Shown piece by piece: positions 29,131 to 45,300 of a stretch of 64,000 bases of DNA. The DNA comes from the human T2T-CHM13v2.0 reference genome, Homo sapiens. The DNA is taken from NCBI RefSeq assembly GCF_009914755.1, contig NC_060945.1. The stretch is one strand, 5' to 3'. Position numbers and translations under genes: made by a program. The notes below the pieces were generated by a model, which was given only the letters and a program-made list of their open reading frames with translations, searched no databases and was not told the DNA's origin. The number at the start of each line of letters is the position of its first letter. The stretch's first letter is position 1.

Positions 29131-30419
29131 AATTTAAAATAGCCACGTGGATTTTCCAAGAGTCCCACCAGCAGCTGTGAGGCTGAGAGTGTGTAAAGCC
29201 GGGCAAAGCTATTGGCAGGAGGAGGCAGCTATGCACGGGCTCTGGGTATCGTTCACACTGGAGGTACTATATGTGCTTAATATGGACTAGGCATGAGCAG
29301 CTAATAGTGCTTTTAGAACCACAAAGTCAAATTGATAATGATAGCATTCCTAATTTAGCACAATGAAAAGCCTGGTAACTATTGCCCGAGCTAATGAATG
29401 GGTAAGAGAAAGAAAAGCTTCTTTTCTTTTGTAAAGCTTAACATTAAAATTAGCTGCATCTGTTACCTTTGGTGCAAAAAGCAAAGACGGAAGAAACCCT
29501 GTTCCAGTTGGTATTTTGCCTCTGAGATCTTTATGCCTGAGCTCTTCAAGTCGCAGATAACAGTGAAGGCCCTAAGACTCACCATCCAAAACAGTTTTGG
29601 AAAAAAACCAAAGAAGAGAAAATAATTTCAAACCTTAAAGCAATGCATGGTGATTCTCTGGGGGGTCTAAGAATTTCTCCCAGAGAAATGATAAGGCAGA
29701 CAAATGGAAGATCAATGAAGCAACATCGTGGCAATAATGCAATTGGTCCTGCCGTAGTCATGAACATGTAAATAACAAGACAGCAATAAGAAGACCCCAG
29801 ACTCTGCCTAGAAACAAAATATTCAGCCTGTTGTTGTTGTTTCTTATTGCAGGATTTTGAGTGGAAAAGTAGTTCCACTTGTCAATCAGCTACGTTGCAG
29901 GGGCTAATAGATTCTGGTGTTTAGGGAGGTCAACACGGAATTTAATTTAACATCTCACAATACACCCACATGCCCAGAAAATGTGGACAGCTTGATAGGG
30001 TTCACTGAGCCAAAGAAGCAAGACCCAAACAGTGCATTAATGTATAGGGGAAGAATAGTTGCAATCAGCCCCTTGTGAATTGGACAGAGGGCTTGGAGAT
30101 GAAGCAATTATCAGCCATCGGGGATTAATAGTAAAGTGTGAATACCAAGCTGTATATGTTAGGGGCAGAATATGTTGCCTATAGAAAACAACAAAGGACG
30201 TTTCTTACTATTAAGTGAGATTAAACGTAATGGCCTGATTTAATCACAAAGGCAGAATTAAATTCAGATGGCAACTTCAAAGTGGACACAGGAACACAGG
30301 CCACTGCTTACATTTACATATAGCTGGCATAGCTTGGCCTGCAACACAATAGGATAAAGTTTCTTTGGCCACTTAAACAATTTTCTATTCTTCACCTTTT
30401 TCTTTTTTTCTTTTTTTTT

Positions 30420-30423
<4 letters not shown>

Positions 30424-30453
<30 letters not shown>
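30424..30453. repeat. (TG)n microsatellite after a T-rich tract
   Basis: Direct reading. Confidence 0.95.
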
Positions 30454-30455
<2 letters not shown>

Positions 30456-31276
30456 CACTCACTGTATTTATTCCCCAATTGCATTTAGTTAGTAAGAAGG
30501 AGCTAAGTGTTATATTTATTCATGGAGGCTATAACTGTTAATTCTTCCAAATTGTGAAAAAAAAGCCTCATAGGGTCAATAAGAACAGAGTAGTTATAAT
30601 CAGATTGTCACCAAAAAAGAAAAAGAAGAAAAACAATTAAACAAAACAAACAAAACTTTCTAGAGTGAACAGTGTCTTCTAACTTTCTCTCCCTTCAACT
30701 TAAGAATTCAGCTCTTGAGGTCTAAACTTCGCTCCCGGGAAAGGCAGCTTTCCCCCTCCTCGGGTGGAGATTTATGCCACCATCATGGAGCCCAGCCGAG
30801 CTGTTTTTCAATACAAGCCAGTTCCTCTTTCCTTCTTTGTTAATGAAGGCTTGTTTCCTTCTTTGCTCCCCACCGAAAAGGCAGTTCTCCTAAGAGGTTT
30901 GGGGGATAGAAGCCTGTTGCAGGGTTTAGAGGGGTTGAGGCACTTACTGAGAGTGGGTCCCCAGGGAATTTCCAGTACCCACAGGTTGAATGTAAAAATT
31001 AAGTATAGTAACTAAAAGACATGCTGGCCTCTGTCCAATGCCCAAGGACTGAATACATCTAAACTTTTCGGGTCCATAAAAGTCCCTTGCAAATTTTATG
31101 TATTTCTAGTTTATAATAGATAATGTATTATATATTATATACATTATATATTATATAAATGATTAATGAGCCCACCCTTTGAACCTACAATCTTTCTTCA
31201 AATAATTTATTCTTCGTAGGCATAGCAAAAGAGCTTAAAGATCTTTGTATCAGGACATTCATCACAAAGTTTCTCA

Positions 31277-31884
<608 letters not shown>

Positions 31885-32988
31885 AGTTTCTTTTAATATT
31901 AAAACCAAATAGGAATTAGCTAAAATGACTATCCTTATGGGATAAGCTTAACAAACTTTGCTATGAACTTATAATGAAATACTATGCAATCATTATAATG
32001 ATCTGAATTTGAAATAATCTGAAATGATTTGAAATAATGATCTGGAGCTTTAGTTGATTAGAGAGACAGATACAGAAAGAAGCCTATAGCAATTTGTAGA
32101 ATTCAATGTGTAAAAAGAGAAATGTTTGAGAAAATGTCAGCCAAATGTTAACAGTATTTTTCTCCAAATGGTGGGACTTGGTTGATTTTTATTTTTTCCT
32201 TGGTACTAACTGACTTTTTTTTTTTTTTTTTTTTTACAATTAACACAAATTGCTTTTACAATAAAATCTCTATTTTATTTTTTTAAAAAAATTTTTTGAG
32301 AGGCTTTGGTGAGCATTTGGGAAATGACTTTAAAGGGAGAAGATGGGATTTTTCTGAGGCCAAAATGAAGGAAAAGGTATCATAAATCTTTGGTGTTTGG
32401 GCCTCTGCAAGACAGGCATCTCACCCCGTCCTGATGAGCCTGGGTCCCGGGACCACTTGCTTCTGCAACTTGCCTTTTCTCAAAGTCCTACTTTTGGGTT
32501 TAAAGCATTTCTCTTCCTTTTTTGTCATTGCCTTCTTGCGTTGACAGAGATTTTCTGAGTTTGATTTGCCCCTTGAAAAGAATAGATTGATCATCTGTAA
32601 AGACGTTGCAATCAGATGTCAAACCAATCCAATCGAGGAAAAAGGCTGGGAGAGGTGAGTTTGTGAGGGAGAGGTAGAGCATGGATCAACTCCTCTGTCA
32701 CCAGACAAAGCTAATGTGCAATGGCCTGTGGCTTTCTTTTGAGCGATTCACTAATCAATGTAAATGCAGGCTCTAAGGTCGGACAAGCTGAAGTGTCTGG
32801 GGGCCTTGGTAACTTGCCCAACATCCAGTGTGACCAAGAAAAATACTCCCCAACGATAGCCTTCTAGGTTTGCACCGTATCATTATGACACTTAAAACGA
32901 GACTTTTTGATTTCAGTTGATTGCAAATTGCCCGTCTACGTTCTTAGAAGACTGAGGAGGATGTATGAGACGAAGATTTAAAAAACGC

Positions 32989-33418
<430 letters not shown>

Positions 33419-33817
33419 AAAAAATGCCCGTGAGTTCACTAAGGGTTGCCTGAAACAGCAGAAGGGCCCAGGTTTCTTATTTACCAGAAATGGAAGTGAT
33501 ACTAACCAGAGTTCCACACGTGCCTTCAGTATGTGCTTCTTGGGGCACCCTTGGGCAGAGGGGTCCTCCTGGTGATGATGCAATGAGACCACACTCTCGG
33601 GGCACGAATGGCAACTGCACAAAGTTGAGGCATCTGCACTCACACGGGGACTTATTCTGCCCATTCCCTTAGCACCAAATTAGAAAGAAAAAGATTGCCC
33701 CCTGCAAAACAACTTGCTAGATTATTCCAAGGCAGGATAAGGCACAGAAAATATGCCATGTCTGCCTTTCATCACCTTAGGTAGGAGGAGAGCAAACTCC
33801 AGTTCCTTTCTTGGCCC

Positions 33818-34089
33818 TTTTTTTAGACGGAGTCTCGCTCTGTTGCCCACACTGATCACCGATCACTGCAACCTCCGCCTCCTAGGTTCAAGTGATTTTT
33901 CCCCTCTCAGCCTCCCTGAGTAGCTGGGATTACAGGCGCTCGCCACCACGCCCAGCTAATTTTTCTATTTTTAGTAGAGACGGGGTTTCACCATGTTGGC
34001 CAGGCTGGTCGAACTCCTGACCTCAGGTGATCCACCCGCCTCGGCCTCTGAACGTGCTGGGATTACAGGCGTGAGCCACCGCACCAGCC
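33818..34089 (-). mobile_element. AluSx-type with a short tail and a rearranged right arm
   Basis: TSD TCTT(G/A)GCCCTTTTT at ~33809 and ~34090. Confidence 0.93.
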
Positions 34090-34274
34090 TCTTAGCCCTT
34101 TTTGAAGTTATTTCTTGAAGGTGGATGTGTACGTCAGGTCAGACTTCCTCTCTTAAACAACCTACCCTCGGCTTCTAGGAAGGCAGCAATTGCTTCATTT
34201 TCAAGCAAACAGAAGAGAAATACAGAACATTCCTAGGGTCTTTTACAATCACACAAAATATAAATGAGCATTTT

Positions 34275-34552
34275 AAAAACTTTTATTTCTAATTTTTGTG
34301 GGTACATAATAGGTGTATATATGGATTACATAAGATATTTTGATACAGGCCTGCAATGCATAATAATTACATCAGGGTAAATAGGGTATCCATTTATCCT
34401 TTGTGTTATAAACAATCCAATTATACTCTTTTATTTAAAAACATACAATTAAATTATTCTTTACTGTAGCCATCCTGATGTGATAGCAAATACTAGGTCT
34501 TATTTATTCTAATATTTGTACCCATTAACTATTCCCCCTTCCCTACTCTCCC
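34275..34552 (-). mobile_element. 5'-truncated L1MA 3' end
   Basis: TTTTTGTGGGTACATAATAGGTGTATAT...TTTGTACCCATTAAC; TSD-like AAATGAGCAT at 34262 and 34553. Confidence 0.85.
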
Positions 34553-35024
34553 AAATGAGCATATTTTTAAAACATTTACTGTTTCTTTCTGATTATAAAA
34601 GACATGCAGGTTCATATCAAATTCAAATACATACTGAAATAGAAAAAGAAACTCTATGTCATGTATAACCCACCTCCCAGGGATAATGACTGTGAACAGT
34701 GAGTAGTGCTTCCTTCCCGTTGTTTATTCTACACATATATAATCGAACACACAACTCAATTTTTCACGTAGCTGGAATTATATGGGCTGTATTATTCCAT
34801 TTCCTTTCCCTTAGTTTTAATATTCCATCAGAGCATCAGGAAATGCAAGGCTCTGAGGAATTCTGAGAATAGTAATAATCATAGTAGGAGTAATGCAGTC
34901 AGTAGTAGCACTCTAGTTTGTATTTATTGTAGTCTGGATTCCACATAGGGCTTTTCTCCAGGGAGCTGAAGGTATTTTATATTTCCTTCCTAATAGACCT
35001 GGAACAAGGAAAACTATGCGACTA

Positions 35025-36170
<1,146 letters not shown>

Positions 36171-36674
36171 TCCAGCCTCCTGCTAGGGGGATGGGAGGTC
36201 AGCAGGCTGTTTGTGGAACCCCAAGAAACACAGTTTAATGATAGCAAAAACTACTAAGCATACTATTTAGTGTCAAATTAGATGCCGTTTAATGTCACAT
36301 TTGAGTTTATAAATGTGGCCACGACTACAAAGATTTAAGAAAACAGAGCTTGGAAGTAAAACTGAGCAAGAAAAAAGCCGGGGGGGTGGGGGCTGTTTCC
36401 TTGCCCTCAACAGTCTCAGTGAGCTGGGGGCAAAGACCACAGCCATCCATTTTTCATTAGGACACTTGAGTGTGGCCCAAAGGACGCCAGGGCTCTGGCA
36501 GGACATAATTTAGGAACTGCGGAAGACAGAGCCCCAGCGCAGTTCTCTGCTATCTTGAGGCATGCTGTGCAGTTTCAAATATGGGTCTGAAAATCAAATA
36601 GCGATCTTGAGGTCTTGGGCAATTTATTTAAACTCTCAGTGCCTTGGTTTCCCACCAGTAAAAAAAGGGTTCTT

Positions 36675-36954
36675 GGCTGGGCATGGTAGCTCAAGCCTGT
36701 AATCCCAGCACTTTGGGAGGCCGAGGCGGGCAGATCACGAGGTCAGGAGATCAAGACCATCCTGGCTAACACGGTGAAGTCCCGTCTCTACTAAAAATAT
36801 GAAAAATTAGCCGGGTGTGGTGACATGCACCTGTAGTCCCAGCTACTCAGGAGGCTGAGGCAGGAGAATGCTGGAACCCGGGAGGCGGAGGTTGCAGTGA
36901 GCCGAGATCATGCCACTGCACTCTAGCCTGGGCGACAGAGTGAGACTCCACCTC

Positions 36955-37001
<47 letters not shown>
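36675..37001 (+). mobile_element. AluY-type
   Basis: GATCACGAGGTCAGGAGATCAAGACCATCCTGGCTAACACGG; (GAAAA)n tail. Confidence 0.95.
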
Positions 37002-37672
37002 GCAGGGGGTTCTTTTGAAGATTAAGTGTTTTACTACCCATAAAAACTTAGAACAGCACCACATAAAACAGTCAATAAGTGCTAATTATCATCATTTTCA
37101 TCATCTTCATCCTCATTATCATCACCCTGGCTGGTGAAATTATTGGTGAATTTAATTTAGTTCTTTACATTTTTTATTGCCTAAAGCATCTACAATGATC
37201 ATGTATTATTATTACAATGAGAAAAGATGGAACTTTTTTAGAGAAAGAAAACAGCCCTGATGCTGCCTTCCACAACCCCGGGGGGAAGAGAGAGCAGAGA
37301 GATGAAGTCACAAAAGGGAAGGGCCACTCTCCAACCGAAATTCGCCTTCTTTGTAACTAGAAAAAGGTGGAGGTGAAGGTTGGGGTTTTTTCTCCCCCCA
37401 TCTTAGCACACAGAGAAACATGACTTTTGCAGAGCATACAGACCTGGCTTCAGGCTGAGGACGGGGTGACTGACTGTCCCAGTTGGCTTGGATGTGGGAC
37501 TTTGAGTGCAAGTCGATCACTGGAGTTGAGGGAGCAGGTTTTCAGGCACACCTGTGACCCCTCCGGGACACACCAGCTGGAGCTCTAAAATTTTTGCTTT
37601 TCGGCCCAAGATTTAAACCATACCCACAAAGCTAGGCAGGAAGCACTCTCAGTGCTCTAGGGATGAGTTTTA

Positions 37673-38039
<367 letters not shown>

Positions 38040-38610
38040 TCAAGTCTATTCCTGGTCCTTTCTATAGAAGATCAACCTTGCTCTTAAGACAAAGCAACAT
38101 CCTTGGAAACCCTGGCAATGTACTATTCTCTGTGTTGTGGTTTCTAAAAGGACGCTGTCACCAAAGGCACACATAATGGAGTCCCCGGGAAGCTGCACTG
38201 AGCACCCAGAGCCGGGTGGTCCAAAGAAATGCCTTTTCAGCACCTCTGAAATGAATGACGCCCCATGAAGGAGAATGGCAATGAAGAGGTAGGAGCAGCT
38301 TGGGAATTTAGAGCAGAAATCGCAAACAAATTTTACAGAGAAGCAATGTGGGAGCAGTTTTGACTGATCCCTCCAGGAAATCTCCAGGAGCGGGCAGTAG
38401 CTATTTTGTTCCAGTTGCAACTGAATTTGCCCAAGGTCACATAGCTAGGAAACCGGGAGCCAGGAGACAGCAGGGACTTCAGGCCACAGGCCACAGCCTC
38501 TCTCAAAGGAAGCATGGCTTAGGGTTGAAGAACCACCCCAAAAGCAGGGAAGTGGGGAGCAGGAAGGGTGCTGCCCCACAAGCTATAGGAGAGGGTGCCA
38601 TGGAAAGGGC

Positions 38611-39064
38611 TGTGTATCCGTTTCCTTTGACTGCCATAACAAAGTACCATAAATTTGGTAGCTTACACAACACAAATGTATTCTCTCACAGTTCTAGAAG
38701 CGCAAATTGCAGAAGGCAGGGCCTCTTTCCCTCCGAAGGCTCTAGGGGAGGATGCTTCCTTTTCTCTTCCAGCTTCTGGAAGTGGATCCTGGCATTCCTT
38801 GGCTTGTGGCCACATCACTCCAATCTCTGCCTCCACCTTCACAGGGCTTTCTTCTCTTCTCCCTGTGTCTCTCTTCTGTGTATATCTTATGAAGACAATT
38901 ATCACTGGACTTAGAGCCCAACTGGATGATCCGGGAGGATCTCATCTTGAGATGTTTAACTTGCTTATCTCTGCATTATTTTTTCCAAATGAGGGCGCAT
39001 TCACAGGTTCCAGAGGTTGAGACAGGGACATGTCTTTCTGGAAGCCACCATTTCACCCATTATA
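38611..39064 (-). mobile_element. MLT1C-like MaLR LTR
   Basis: TGCCATAACAAAGTACCATAAA...TTCTCTCACAGTTCT...CTCCGAAGGCTCTAGGGGAGGAT...CATCACTCCAATCTCTGCCTCC. Confidence 0.85.
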
Positions 39065-39229
39065 GCCTGGGGACAAGGAGTGTTCGAAAACCAGGCACCA
39101 AGTTGTCTGGGTTTATTCCCAAGAAGGTACACTCTGCTGAGCATGAATCTGATCGGGATTCTGATTTACAATTATCTGCCCACCCCTCAACTCTGCCAGC
39201 AACCCTAAAATGGTTCACTGCTTAGCGAG

Positions 39230-40360
39230 CACTCTCACTCTGTGCGGTACCTTTCATGACCTTCTCTGCTCTCTGTAAACCACTGCCCCTTACCTCCCTG
39301 TCACTCTCAGCAAATGACCTTTCTGCTGCTTAGTAGAGAAAATAGAAGGCTTCAGAGAAAAACAGCCTCAACGGCCTCATTTTCCCATCCCCAGCCCCCA
39401 GTACTTTCCTGCCTCTGCCCTAGCCTCTCCTGGGTCCCTCCATTTCCATAAGAATGGAATTTTCTCCTCCAGCCCAGGTCAAATGATGCCACCTGGTTGA
39501 GTCCTCAGCCCTCCCATTTCCTGAGGCACCTGCAAATCATCCTAGCTGTCTTCTCTGGCTTCAACATCTCCTGCTTTTGTGGAACCCTCCCCCATCATTG
39601 AAACACAGGCATTTTCTTCCACCTTAAAATCGGAAAAAAAAATAAAAAAATAAAAAAGCAAATGCTCTCCCTTCACCTCACTTCCACTTCCAGCAAGCAG
39701 CTTCCATCCTTCCCAGGCGAGCTTCTCCTTGTATTATCTGCACTTCCTGCCTCCATTTCCTCCCTGTCCACACAGTCCCCTCCACCTAAGTGGCCCACGT
39801 GCTTCCAAGCCGCAAAATCCAAGGGTCTTTCCAGCCTTCATCTTCCCCAGCAGAACTGGCCATTAATAACCCGCCCTGCCTAACTGTAATATTGTATGGT
39901 CTTGAATTCTGTGACTCCACGTTCTCCTGGTTTTCTTCCTACTTCTTTGGCTACATCTTCTCAGGCTTTTGTTCATAAGTTGATTCTCCACAGGGCATGT
40001 AAATATTAGAGCTCAGGATCCCTCCTTTTTCACTCTAGTTCTTTCTGGGCAGTCTCCCTGCTGGGGCTCAAACTGCAGTGTATGTGACCACCACTTGCAA
40101 ATGCTAATCTCCACCTTCAGAGATCAGGTATTCAACAACCTAGCCCACACCTGCTGGATGTTTTAAAGGCAGCTTATACTCAAAATATCCAAAACAAAGT
40201 TCAAGATCATTTATCCCACAAACCTGGGCCCTTTCCATCTTCCCCTGTTTCTGTGGACCAAACTACCACCCATCTAGCCAGCCAGGAAAGTCATCGCCAC
40301 AATCTCCCTCTCACTCCCATTGGATCAGATTCAAAATGATGTTGCCATTGCAGGAAAGCC
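39230..40360 (-). mobile_element. Degraded L2 LINE
   Basis: Pyrimidine-rich with L2-like motifs (TGACTCCACGTTCTCCTGGTTTTCTTCCTAC; CTCAAAATATCCAAAACAAA). Confidence 0.65.
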
Positions 40361-41177
40361 TCATTCTGTTTTTCTTTGTTTTGAAGAGTAGAAATGATGC
40401 TATGGGTATCTTGAGGCTTAAGAAATCCAGTAGAGAATGGAGTCTGAATTTTTAATAAAATGTTTCCCATTTCTGTGATTAGGATTCTTTTAGGGCCATT
40501 ATCCAACGATCTATCTTGATTTACCTGGTGGCTGGAAACTCCAGGATTTATGATATTTCTTGGATCTTGATTTCACAAGAAAAGATAATTCATGGAAAAC
40601 CCTTAAATCACTGTCAGACTCAGAATGCCTGCCATCCTTTCACGGTATAACCAACTGACTTACAACCTCTGTAAATAAAACCACATAATGGTTACAAAAT
40701 TTTAAAAAGGAGTTTTGGGGGGTGAGAAAATGACAAAGAGATACATGAAATTGAATTCCTAAGGAAGAATACAATTTCAAAATTGTGATTTAAATAGATC
40801 TGAAAATGTTGGCGTTATTGTCATAGGTTTTTAAAAAAATCTATCTGAAAAGGTGTCACCAGAGAGAAGAGCAAGAAAAAGATATGATCAGGCCTGATTA
40901 TAGATAGATACAGAATAATGTATATGTTGGCTTAATTCTAAATGGGATAATAAAATAAAATTTACACTTCTAATTTTGTGTCTCATGCATTACACATAGT
41001 AAAGAAATATTGGTCTACTTTTTCCAAATAATGGTAATAGTCCAATTCTGTGCTAGGTTGTTCTTTATTGGGTCTATTGATCTCAAGTGGCTCTGGCCTA
41101 AAGACTGTGATCACTCTCTGTTCTATCTGGATGCAAGTGCTGAGTTCCTTAGTCTGTTGATCAAAGAATTTCAAGGA

Positions 41178-41596
<419 letters not shown>

Positions 41597-41734
41597 CTAC
41601 AACACAGAAATAGCCAACATGCAAGTATCAACCCCAAATGGCAATCTAGAGTTCCATCACCTCAAGATTCTTTCTTTTTAAAAGGGAAGTGGTATGGAGT
41701 AGGAAGTTTGGGATAATTGTTTTCAAATTTCATT

Positions 41735-41905
41735 TTCACCCCTTACTAGCCATGTGTTGGGCAAGTTACTGAATCTCTCTGAATTTTCAGTTTTGTGTCT
41801 GTAAAATGGTAATAATCAACCTATATTATAGGTATATTGTTAGGATTACAGGGCATCATATACAAAAAGTACTCGACATAGTGTCAATATTCAAGAAACC
41901 TTAGT
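41735..41905 (+). mobile_element. MIR fragment
   Basis: TTGGGCAAGTTACTGAATCTCTCTGA..TCAGTTTT..TCTGTAAAATGG. Confidence 0.75.
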
Positions 41906-41964
41906 TTCCTTTTATTTTACTTTGATTATAGTATTTGAACTTTAATGATTACCCTTTTTGTAAA

Positions 41965-42096
41965 CTTTTTTTTCTCTTTTTTTTTAATGAGATGGGTTTC
42001 ATTCTGTTGCCTAGGCTGGTCTTGAACTCCTGGGCTCAAGAGATCTTCCCACCTCAGCCTCCTGAGGGATTGCAGGCATACACCACTGCACCCAGC
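41965..42096 (-). mobile_element. Alu left monomer (FLAM-like)
   Basis: T tail, then GCTGGTCTTGAACTCCTGGGCTCAAG...CACTGCACCCAGC. Confidence 0.85.
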
Positions 42097-43094
42097 TTTC
42101 TGGGTACAGTGTACTTAAACATTTTAAGTATGTTATTGACACTTTGCTAGGAAATGCCCATCATGAAAGAATCGTGAAAACTTCTATCATGTGTATGAAA
42201 CTTTTGCATGTTCACGGCATTTCACAACAGTAACACTCCTCTTCCTTGAAGTCCCATGGGTTTTCTGTAATCCCTGCTGGCTTTATAGTTGAGTTCACCG
42301 AGGCACAAAATAACCCATAAAGTACCATTAACAACAGAACAGCCACCATGCAGCAAAGCAATCCAGTGAGCCAAATTCCTTTGCCAGAATATCTATGCAC
42401 CAGCCCTAAGCCTGAGCCAACAAAATCCAGGTGAATGCAACACTAGATCCCAAAAATGGTTTTTGGTTTTGGCAATAAGAGTGGCGCGTCTTCATAGTTT
42501 GACCAATATTTATTTTGGTCCTACTATGGCCCAAGAGCTGTAGCAATGAGTAAAGAAGGCATGTTTCACTGGATTTCTATGCAATCATGGCTGTGTAGGA
42601 GTAGGACTAGAATGATGAGCACATAACAGGAAGATTTGACGTGGTCTGGGAGGTCTGGAGCTGCTGCCATGGGGGGGAACCATTGTCTAACATAAATGCT
42701 AAACAATGAGCATGTTATCAGTTAGATGAAGCGTGTATGCATCCCATGGTGTGGCTAGAACCCCATGGAGTTCTAGAAGAAGCTGGTGAGGGAGTCCAGG
42801 CCACAGGGTGCAGGACCTAGTTAAGGATGTGCCTCTATCCCAATACCTAGGGGCCCACAATGAGTTGATGCATCCGACTACACTGGTCATGGGAACAGCA
42901 ACTTGCTCCCCTCCCCCATAAAGAACATTCTAGCTAGCACAAGGTTATTTTAGTAAATGGCTGCCCTGCTTAGATGAGCCACTAGTCAAAAAATTCCATT
43001 TTATTAATCTGTAAGTGTAAGCCTAAAGTTAAACCTGCTTCTCAGATGTTTAATGTCGAGTGACACCCTAAATGTCATGCCAGGCTGGCTGTGG

Positions 43095-43653
<559 letters not shown>

Positions 43654-43839
43654 TGAAACGGATTCGGGACTTTCTTTTAGCTTAAGATGAGAGTAGATAG
43701 TGGAAGAGGAGCCTGTCCAAATACCATCTGCAGACGAAGGAGCGTCTACAAAACACACGAGGGACCTAGAAACCAACAGACCCATCCCATCTCTCTCAGG
43801 TTCAGCAATTCTTTCCTTCCTCGGAGGGCGTTTCTGATA

Positions 43840-44420
43840 GGACAAGCTGGGCCCGGGCGGATTCTCACCCCACCACCCCAACTCCAGGCTTGGGTCCATC
43901 TGCCGCCAGTGGTGACTTGGGTGGCGCCCTCCGCAGCAGACAGCCGTGCGCCCTCGGCGACCCGGTCCCTGCGCTCCGGCGCCCGCAGGTCCTCGCTCCC
44001 GGCTTCTGCACCTCCCGCTCCGGGACATCTGGCTGAGCCGCGCCTCCCTCTCCCCGCAGCCTCCGCCGGCCCCGCCTCCCCTCACCACCCTTCCCTTGTT
44101 TGGGGCGGTAAGGTCAGAAGCGTTCAACAATTCAACGTGGGAAGTCTCTCGGAGGAAGTGCCAGGTCATAAATTTCACCCAACAAGAGGCTCCCATCAAG
44201 CTTGGGCTTGTTAGGAAACCTCCCAGTCGCTAATCGAGGGTTAGGCAGCTCCAGGGCGGGTGGGCTACGGGGCAGCCAGGGAGCAAGGATGAGGGCCTGG
44301 GGCTGCGGGTGCAGAGGGTTGTTGGGGTCCAGGTGTTCAGTGCCTTGCGCGCGTGGCTGTCGCTCTGCCCCTCTGGTATTGCCCGGCTGTATCACAACCC
44401 TTAGATGTGTCCAAACGGTC
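43840..44420. promoter_or_regulatory. Orphan CpG island (candidate lncRNA promoter or enhancer)
   Basis: Dense CpG and GC boxes (CCCCGCCTCCCC) in unique DNA about 39 kb downstream of OLIG1. Confidence 0.7.
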
Positions 44421-45107
44421 CTTGTGTGTATAAGACACACACCCACGCACATTTGGGAGAAGGGGGTAGTCAGTGTCTCTTTACATTGCAGCGGTACGTT
44501 AAACCCCGTCTGGGTTATTTTAAGCCTGAAGTTCATGAAAGGAAACATTTGAGTAAGTTAAGGCTGTGTTGAATGCCGCGTTCCTTATGACCTTGCCATC
44601 TGAATGTGATGGTGGTTCCCAGAAGAAACAAACAGGCAAGAGGTTAAAGACAGAGTTCTAGACCCAGCCCTTGCTGTGTGACCCTGAGTGAGTCACTGTA
44701 TGTCTCTGAGCCCCATTTCCCGCCGCGGAGTGAGGGAATTGGAGGGTCGGTGGGCGTGAGGCAGCTCTAAGTCCCCCTGGGCTCTAACGGCCTCTGGTCT
44801 TTGCCCCTCCTCCCTCTCCCTGCAGTACTAACAAGGTGAAAGAAGGGTCTTATCGAATTCAGCCTTTGTCCTGCTGCCATTTGTCATGGGAAATCTTTCC
44901 AGGGACTGGCACTCTGACTTGGTTGGAAAGCCAAGGGTATTGAGCCCACATCAATAGAAGGAAGGTTTGCAAGCCAAGTCTACACCTGCCCTCTGCCGTG
45001 CCCAACAGAGGGGAGACAGTCTGGGGATTATTTACCCCTGGAACTTTTGCTGCAATAAATAAAGCAATGCTGGAGGCTTGAAGGAGTTTAAAGACTAACA
45101 GGGGAGA

Positions 45108-45300
45108 TAATAATTGTTACTATGCACCAGGCAGGGTTCTAAGTCCTTTGCATAAATTAACCCACTTAAGCCTCCCAACAGCTCCCTGAGGTTGGATACT
45201 ATTAGCCCATTTTTACAGGTGGGTAAACTGAGGTACGGGGGGTTAAATAATTTGCCTAAGATCATACTACAGGGAAGCAGTAGAGAGGAGACTCGAACCC
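45108..45300 (-). mobile_element. MIR
   Basis: ATTAGCCCATTTTTACAGGTGGGTAAACTGAGG...TAAATAATTTGCCTAAGATCA. Confidence 0.85.

Noticed and set aside
38237-38257. TTCAGCACC as a REST/NRSE site
   Set aside because: Left half only; the right half GGACAG is absent.
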